A DNA stretch of 32,000 nucleotides from Pseudomonas aeruginosa (GTDB lineage Bacteria; Pseudomonadota; Gammaproteobacteria; Pseudomonadales; Pseudomonadaceae). The notes beneath the pieces were generated by a model. The model ran no database searches and had not been told where the DNA came from. It saw nothing but the letters and a program-made list of their open reading frames with translations. This document shows, piece after piece, positions 26,717 through 32,000 of the stretch; within the stretch, counting starts at the first letter, position 1, and every line of letters begins with the position of its first letter. The stretch is taken from the NCBI RefSeq assembly GCF_001457615.1, contig NZ_LN831024.1:5220001-5252000 (forward strand). The letters run 5' to 3'. The position numbers were made by a program, and so were the translations under genes.

Positions 26717-28240
26717 ATGGCGCAAAACGATCACGAAACAGTCGACATGCTGCTGGTAGGCGCCGGCATCATGAGCGCGACCCTGGCGGTCCTGCTCAAG
26801 GAACTCGACCCCAACCTGAAGATGGAAGTCGTCGAACTCCAGGAGTCCGGCGCGATCGAAAGCTCCAACCCGTGGAACAACGCGGGCACCGGCCACGCCG
26901 GCCTGTGCGAGCTGAACTACACCCCGCAGTCGGCCGACGGCAGCATCGACATCAAGAAAGCCGTGGGCATCAACACCATGTTCGAGGTGTCGAAGCAGTT
27001 CTGGTCGCACCTGGTCGCCAAGGGCACCTTCGGCTCGCCGAAGACCTTCATCAACCCGGTACCGCACCTGAGCTTCGTGCGCGGCAGCGAAGGCATCGCC
27101 TACCTGAAGAAGCGCTTCGAATCGCTGACGAAGCACCATGCTTTCGAGACCATGGTCTACTCCGAGGACAAGACCACCCTCGCCGAGTGGATGCCGCTGA
27201 TGATGCCGGGTCGTCCGGCCGACGAAGCGATCGCCGCGACCCGCGTCGAGGGCGGTACCGACGTCAACTTCGGCGCCCTGACCAACCAGCTCCTGCAACA
27301 CCTGGCGCAACAGCCGGGCGCGCAGATCCGCTACAACCAGAAGGTCACCCACCTGCGCCGCGCCGATAACGGCTGGCGGGTCACCGTCAAGGACACCCGC
27401 AACGGCGGCGACCGCGAGATCCAGGCACGCTTCGTCTTCCTCGGCGCCGGCGGCGGCGCCCTGCCGCTCCTGCAACTTTCCGGCATCCCGGAAGGCAAGG
27501 GCTTCGGTGGTTTCCCGGTGAGCGGCCAGTGGCTGCGCTGCGACAACCCGGAAATCGTCAAGCAGCACCAGGCCAAGGTCTACAGCCAGGCCGAGGTCGG
27601 CTCGCCGCCGATGTCCGTGCCGCACCTGGACACCCGTGTGGTGGACGGCAAGAAATCCCTGCTGTTCGGCCCCTATGCCGGTTTCTCCACCAAGTTCCTG
27701 CGCCATGGCTCGTTCCTCGACCTGCCGCTGTCGGTACGCCCGGGCAACATCCTGCCGATGCTCTCGGTGGCCCGCGACAACATGGACCTGACCCGCTACC
27801 TGATCGGCCAGGTCATGCAGTCGCCGGAACAGCGCCTGGAAGCCCTGCGCAAGTTCTACCCCGAAGCCAGGGCCGAGGACTGGCGCCTGGAAGTCGCCGG
27901 CCAGCGCGTGCAGATCATCAAGAAGGATCCGAAGAAAGGCGGCATCCTGCAGTTCGGCACCGAGCTGGTGGCCGCCCACGACGGCTCCATCGCCGCCCTG
28001 CTGGGCGCCTCGCCGGGCGCCTCGGTGACCGTCTCGATCATGCTCGGCCTGATCGAGCGCTGCTTCCCGGAGCAGGCCCGCTCGCCGGAGTGGAGCGCCA
28101 AGCTGAAGGAAATCTTCCCGGCTCGCGAGAAAGAGCTGGAAAGCGACGCCGAGCTGTACCGCAGCGTCAGCAGCCGTTGCAGCGAGGTGCTGGAACTGAC
28201 CGCGAAGAACGACGTGCAGGCCCCGGTCAACGCCGAGTGA
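26717..28240 (+). CDS. mqo: Malate:quinone oxidoreductase (PA4640-like, mqoB)
   Basis: 507 aa; [37 protein letters not shown] and [19 protein letters not shown] are typical Mqo sequences. Confidence 0.95.
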   Translation: MAQNDHETVDMLLVGAGIMSATLAVLLKELDPNLKMEVVELQESGAIESSNPWNNAGTGHAGLCELNYTPQSADGSIDIKKAVGINTMFEVSKQFWSHLVAKGTFGSPKTFINPVPHLSFVRGSEGIAYLKKRFESLTKHHAFETMVYSEDKTTLAEWMPLMMPGRPADEAIAATRVEGGTDVNFGALTNQLLQHLAQQPGAQIRYNQKVTHLRRADNGWRVTVKDTRNGGDREIQARFVFLGAGGGALPLLQLSGIPEGKGFGGFPVSGQWLRCDNPEIVKQHQAKVYSQAEVGSPPMSVPHLDTRVVDGKKSLLFGPYAGFSTKFLRHGSFLDLPLSVRPGNILPMLSVARDNMDLTRYLIGQVMQSPEQRLEALRKFYPEARAEDWRLEVAGQRVQIIKKDPKKGGILQFGTELVAAHDGSIAALLGASPGASVTVSIMLGLIERCFPEQARSPEWSAKLKEIFPAREKELESDAELYRSVSSRCSEVLELTAKNDVQAPVNAE

Positions 28241-28255
28241 GCCGCGCTACGGAAC

Positions 28256-28277
28256 AAGCCGCCTTCGGGCGGCTTTT
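28256..28277 (+). terminator. Intrinsic terminator of mqo
   Basis: caagccgcc-ttc-gggcggcttttt. Confidence 0.9.
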
Positions 28278-28289
28278 TCATTTGTGGAG

Positions 28290-28703
28290 TCAGGCGCCGG
28301 CCTCGCAATTGATCATCCAGGACACCCCGAAACGGTCCACCAGGGTACCGAAACAGGGCGACCAGAAGGTCTTGCCCAACTCCAGCTCGACCCGCCCGCC
28401 GTCCTCCAGCAAGGCGTCATAGCAGCGCCGCGCCTGCTGCGGGTCGCGGGTATTCAGTGAAAGGGAAATCCCGGAGATCGGCTGCAACGCCGGCCCGTGC
28501 CCGTCCGAGGCCATGATCTGGCTGTCGCCGATCTGCAGGTTGGCGTGCATCACCTTGTCGCACCAGCCTTCGGGCACCACCACCGGACCGGGCGCCTCGT
28601 CGAAACGGAACAGGAAACTCACCCTGGCACCGATGGCGTGTTCATAGAAACGCAGGGCCTCTTCGCAACGGCCGTTGAAGCAGACGTAGGGCTGGACGTA
28701 CAT
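28290..28703 (-). CDS. VOC/PhnB-like glyoxalase-fold protein
   Basis: 137 aa MYVQPYVCFNGRCEEALRFYEHAIGARVSFLFRFDEAP...GISLSLNTRDPQQARRCYDALLEDGG...WMINCE. Confidence 0.88.
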   Translation of the reverse strand: MYVQPYVCFNGRCEEALRFYEHAIGARVSFLFRFDEAPGPVVVPEGWCDKVMHANLQIGDSQIMASDGHGPALQPISGISLSLNTRDPQQARRCYDALLEDGGRVELELGKTFWSPCFGTLVDRFGVSWMINCEAGA

Positions 28704-28930
28704 GGGAACCTCAGCAGGCTGTTTTTCCTGTGAGTGTAGAAAAGCAGCAGCCGACAGGCAGCCTCTCGCAGAGCGAATAACGCAGTCCTGGCCATTCGCC
28801 CTTCCCCGCCGCCCTGGCGATCCGCGACCGCGGCGGGGCCCGCGCGGCGTCTATCGACCCTTGCCACCACCAGCCGCCATTCGGACGCTGGCGTTCTCCG
28901 ACGGGCGTGACTCGGCGGACCGCGCAACGA

Positions 28931-28956
28931 AAAAACCCGCCGAAGGGCGGGCTTTT
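28931..28956 (-). terminator. Intrinsic terminator of the PA4642-like gene
   Basis: aaaacccgcc-gaa-gggcgggctttt; minus strand reads GC stem then T run. Confidence 0.85.
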
Positions 28957-28971
28957 CGCTGCATGGCCGGC

Positions 28972-29262
28972 TCAGGCGCCCTTGGCCGCCTGCAGCGCTT
29001 CGATGTAGGGCACGGCCTGGCGCTGGTCGGCGACCAGGGCGACGAAGTCGTTGCCCTTGGCGTCGCGCGCGTCGAGATCGTAGCCGGCCTCGCGGAAGAA
29101 GGTGAGGAAGCGCTCGAAGTCGTCGATGCGCAGACCGCGATAGGCCTTGATCAGCTTGTGCAGCGAGGGGGGGGTGTCGTCGGCCGGCTCGACGCCGAGG
29201 AACAGCTTGATCGACTCGTCACTGATCTCTTCGCCAATGATCTGTTTCTTGTCTTTGCGCAT
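28972..29262 (-). CDS. PA4642-family conserved small protein
   Basis: 96 aa MRKDKKQIIGEEISDESIKLFLGVEPADDTPPSLHKLIKAYRGLRIDDFERFLTFFREAGYDL... Confidence 0.8.
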   Translation of the reverse strand: MRKDKKQIIGEEISDESIKLFLGVEPADDTPPSLHKLIKAYRGLRIDDFERFLTFFREAGYDLDARDAKGNDFVALVADQRQAVPYIEALQAAKGA

Positions 29263-29344
29263 CGCTTTCTCTCAACGGCTCTGGGGCCGGGCTCGCCCGG
29301 CGCGGGATAAGGCCAGGCAGTTTACTCCCGGCGCGCGGCGAGGC

Positions 29345-29830
29345 TCAACGCGCGCGTACCGCGCCGGTGTGCAGGTCCGCCCAGACATGGCCGTTGGGAT
29401 AGGCGAGGAACTGGCAATAGACCGTCTGGTTGCGCAGCAGGTCGAGCAACGCCGGGTACTGCGCCAACGGGTAGTTGAGCGTGAGGGTGCGGGTCCCGGC
29501 ATCGTAGACCGGCTTCTTCAGGCTCTTGCCTTCGCTGTCGAACTGGATCAGCACCTGGGCCAGGGTCGCGCCCTTGCTCAGCGGTTTGCCCTTCAGGCGC
29601 AGCAGGGTCGGCGTGGTGATCGGGATCGGCTGCTGGTTGGACTGCCGCTGGTTGCCCAGCACCACGCTGTACTCGGTGATCTGGATCAGTTGCTGCTGCT
29701 CCGGCGCCTCCTGGCGCAACTGGCCGTCGTCGGGCGGCAGGAAGCGCGCGTGCATCGGGGGATTCTCGGCGGCCAGGCCGGCCAGACTGACGAACAGGAG
29801 CAGGGAGCCGCACAGGCTACGGGCGAACAT
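29345..29830 (-). CDS. Conserved secreted hypothetical protein (PA4643-like)
   Basis: 161 aa with Sec signal MFARSLCGSLLLFVSLAGLAAENPP. Confidence 0.75.
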   Translation of the reverse strand: MFARSLCGSLLLFVSLAGLAAENPPMHARFLPPDDGQLRQEAPEQQQLIQITEYSVVLGNQRQSNQQPIPITTPTLLRLKGKPLSKGATLAQVLIQFDSEGKSLKKPVYDAGTRTLTLNYPLAQYPALLDLLRNQTVYCQFLAYPNGHVWADLHTGAVRAR

Positions 29831-29897
29831 CGGGACCTCCGGACAGGGCGAGCCGGCACTCTAGCATGGCTGCCGACCCGCCGCCGAAGCGAAGCGC

Positions 29898-30371
29898 TCA
29901 GGCGAACTGGGCGCGCATCCAGTCCCGGTAGGCCGGCGCATCGGCGCTGCCTTCGGCAGGCGCCCAACTGGCGAACTCGCCTTCGCCGAGCGGGCGGTAA
30001 GGCCCGGCCTTGCATTCGAACAGGATGCTGTCCGGCTCCAGCACCACCAGGGCATGGAACACCCCGGGCGGCAGGTCGACACCGGGGCAGTCCCCAGCGG
30101 CGCTCAACTCGCGCTTGTCGAGGAGTTCCCCGTCCTCGGCGAAGACCAGCAGGCCGAGACGGCCCTTGAGCACGATCAGCGCCTCGGCCTTGCCCGCATC
30201 CAGGTGCCGGTGCGGCGGGATGTAGGTATTCGGCTGGAGGCCCACCGCCATGCGATGGCAGGGCTCCTCCATGCGGTGGAAGTTGTGATGCTGGCGACCA
30301 CGCGGCGCGTTACCCGCCCCGCTCGCCAGTTCGGCGAACAATTGCTGGTCGAGGTAGCGCGGTCCGGCCAT
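29898..30371 (-). CDS. WbuC-like cupin-fold metalloprotein
   Basis: MAGPRYLDQQLFAELASGAGNAPRGRQHHNFH...YIPPHRHLDAGKAEALIVLKGRLGLLVFAEDG. Start at 30371, overlapping hpt only at the end; the track start at 30560 is inside hpt. Confidence 0.82.
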   Translation of the reverse strand: MAGPRYLDQQLFAELASGAGNAPRGRQHHNFHRMEEPCHRMAVGLQPNTYIPPHRHLDAGKAEALIVLKGRLGLLVFAEDGELLDKRELSAAGDCPGVDLPPGVFHALVVLEPDSILFECKAGPYRPLGEGEFASWAPAEGSADAPAYRDWMRAQFA

Positions 30372-30372
30372 C

Positions 30373-30930
30373 TCAGAGCCCCTTGACCGCGAAGATGCCC
30401 GCGGCGTTGCGCCAGTAGCCCTTGTAGTCCATGCCGTAGCCGAACACGTAGCGGTCGGCGCAGTAGAGGCCGGTGAAGCTGGCCTTGAGGTCGGGCCGGG
30501 CCTTGCGCTCGTGTTCCTTGTCCACCAGTACGGCGGTGTGCACCGCGCGTGCGCCGGCATGCTTGCAGAAGTCGATGATCGCCGAGAGGGTGTGCCCTTC
30601 GTCGAGGATGTCGTCGATGATCAGCACGTCACGGTCGATGAAGGAGATTTCCGGCTTGGCCTTCCAGAACAGTTCGCCGCCGGAGGTCTCGTTGCGGTAA
30701 CGGGTCGCATGCAGGTAGGACAGTTCGAGGGGGAAGTCGAGCAGCGGGAGCAGCTTGCCGGAGAAGATCAGGCCGCCGTTCATCACGCAGAAGACCACCG
30801 GGTTGGTCTCGCCGAGATCGCGGTTGATCGCCTCGGCGACGCGACCGATGGCTGCCTCGACCTCGTCGTTGTTGAACAGGCAGTCGGCTTCCGCCATGAC
30901 TTGGCGGATGTGCGCGAGATCGACGGACAT
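30373..30930 (-). CDS. hpt: Hypoxanthine-guanine phosphoribosyltransferase
   Basis: 185 aa from MSVDLAHIRQVMAEAD; PRPP motif DVLIIDDILDEGHTL; preceded by aggagaagcacc RBS. Confidence 0.93.
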   Translation of the reverse strand: MSVDLAHIRQVMAEADCLFNNDEVEAAIGRVAEAINRDLGETNPVVFCVMNGGLIFSGKLLPLLDFPLELSYLHATRYRNETSGGELFWKAKPEISFIDRDVLIIDDILDEGHTLSAIIDFCKHAGARAVHTAVLVDKEHERKARPDLKASFTGLYCADRYVFGYGMDYKGYWRNAAGIFAVKGL

Positions 30931-31097
30931 GGTGCTTCTCCCTGGCTGGGCTGAGAAAAAGTCGGCAAAGGTACTCATCCGGTCGCCATCGGGCAACCCC
31001 CGGCGGTCGAGTGCGAATCAGAATAATGGTCCAGACTGTGCGGAATGCATTACGCTAGCGCAATTTTTTTGCCCGCCCCCGTTGGAGACAGTCGCCC

Positions 31098-31736
31098 ATG
31101 CCCGTACATGAGATCCGCCACCCCCTCATCCGCCACAAACTGGGCCTGATGCGCCGTGCCGATATCAGCACCAAGAACTTCCGCGAACTGGCCCAGGAAG
31201 TCGGCGCCCTGCTGACCTACGAGGCGACCAAGGACCTGCCCCTGGAACAGTACGAAATCCCCGGATGGGCCGGCCCGGTGACGGTGGAGAAGATCTCCGG
31301 GAAGAAGATCACCGTGGTGCCGATCCTGCGCGCCGGCATCGGCATGCTCGACGGCGTGCTCAGCCTGATTCCCGGCGCCAAGGTCAGCGCGGTCGGCGTC
31401 GCCCGCAACGAAGAGACCCTGGAAGCACGCACCTACCTGGAAAAACTGGCGCCGGACATCGCCGAGCGCCGCTCGCTGATCATCGACCCGATGCTCGCCA
31501 CCGGTGGCTCGATGGTCGCCACCATCGACCTGCTGAAGAAGGCCGGCAGCAAGGAAATCCGCGCCATGGTGCTGGTCGCCGCCCCCGAGGGCATCGAGGC
31601 GGTACGCAAGGCCCACCCGGACGTGATCATCTATACCGCCTCGATCGACGAGAAGCTCGACGAGAACGGCTACATCATTCCGGGCCTGGGCGACGCCGGC
31701 GACAAGATCTTCGGTACCAAGCAGAAGGAAGCCTGA
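31098..31736 (+). CDS. upp: Uracil phosphoribosyltransferase
   Basis: 212 aa [34 protein letters not shown]...[16 protein letters not shown]. Confidence 0.97.
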   Translation: MPVHEIRHPLIRHKLGLMRRADISTKNFRELAQEVGALLTYEATKDLPLEQYEIPGWAGPVTVEKISGKKITVVPILRAGIGMLDGVLSLIPGAKVSAVGVARNEETLEARTYLEKLAPDIAERRSLIIDPMLATGGSMVATIDLLKKAGSKEIRAMVLVAAPEGIEAVRKAHPDVIIYTASIDEKLDENGYIIPGLGDAGDKIFGTKQKEA

Positions 31737-31738
31737 AC

Positions 31739-32000
31739 ATGGGCGATGCCTTCCAGGAGCCGCTCTGGCGCCAGGTGCTGTCAGGCGCGCAGATGCTGTT
31801 CGTCGCCTTCGGCGCGCTGGTGCTGATGCCGCTGATCACCGGTCTGGATCCCAACGTCGCGCTGTTCACCGCCGGCCTCGGGACCCTGCTGTTCCAATTG
31901 GTGACCGGGCGCCAGGTACCGGTGTTCCTCGCCTCCAGCTTCGCCTTCATCACCCCGATCATCCTCGCCAAGGGCCAGTTCGGCCTGGCCGCGACCATGG
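31739..32000 (+). CDS. uraA: Uracil permease, 5' end only
   Basis: MGDAFQEPLWRQVLSGAQMLFVAFGALVLMPLITGLDPNVALFTAGLGTLLFQLVTGRQVPVFLASSFAFITPIILAKGQFGLAATM, starting 3 nt after the upp stop and open at the window edge. Confidence 0.9.
   Translation, partial: MGDAFQEPLWRQVLSGAQMLFVAFGALVLMPLITGLDPNVALFTAGLGTLLFQLVTGRQVPVFLASSFAFITPIILAKGQFGLAATM

Noticed and set aside
26714-27979. 421-aa minus-strand ORF opposite mqo
   Set aside because: Antisense artefact of a strongly supported mqo gene.
29147-30169. 340-aa plus-strand ORF across the PA4643-like and cupin genes
   Set aside because: Spans antisense to several well-supported small genes and an intergenic gap; no domain or RBS support.
1-32000. 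Novel defence, toxin-antitoxin, retron or prophage cargo
   Set aside because: Gene order matches core P. aeruginosa content throughout; no integrase, transposase, reverse transcriptase, nuclease/ATPase cluster or att-like repeats were found.

Overview
Chromosomal window matching the Pseudomonas aeruginosa core-genome neighbourhood PA4621-PA4647. Species and locus names come from recalled gene order and protein similarity, not a database search. Left to right it carries: the 5' end of a Tat-exported molybdopterin oxidoreductase subunit, an MFS transporter, a small repeat-containing periplasmic protein, cdrB and cdrA (c-di-GMP-regulated two-partner secretion adhesin), hprA, an rsmC-like methyltransferase, lysP, a UPF0016 cation exporter behind a probable yybP-ykoY (Mn2+) riboswitch, a SnoaL-like protein, an NAD-dependent epimerase, an M48 lipoprotein peptidase, a chemoreceptor, a SRAP-family protein, an MgtC-family protein, small Cys-rich proteins, a PlsC-like acyltransferase, a YajG-like lipoprotein, malate:quinone oxidoreductase, a VOC protein, several conserved small proteins, a WbuC-like cupin, hpt, upp and the 5' end of uraA. 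No rRNA, tRNA, CRISPR, phage, transposon or canonical defence system was seen. Best second looks: (i) the cdrA repeat array, 15 clear ~81-aa modules in mosaic order, apparently one unit longer than recalled PAO1 CdrA; (ii) two mutually exclusive helices downstream of the riboswitch aptamer; (iii) a SRAP protein in which three of four catalytic positions appear substituted; (iv) candidate FleQ sites and a promoter upstream of cdrA; (v) the mgtC leader with a proline-containing upstream ORF; (vi) a small periplasmic protein built of 23-aa repeats beside cdrB; (vii) a perfect TATAAT palindrome in the unexplained gap upstream of mqo. No wholly new multi-gene system is claimed.
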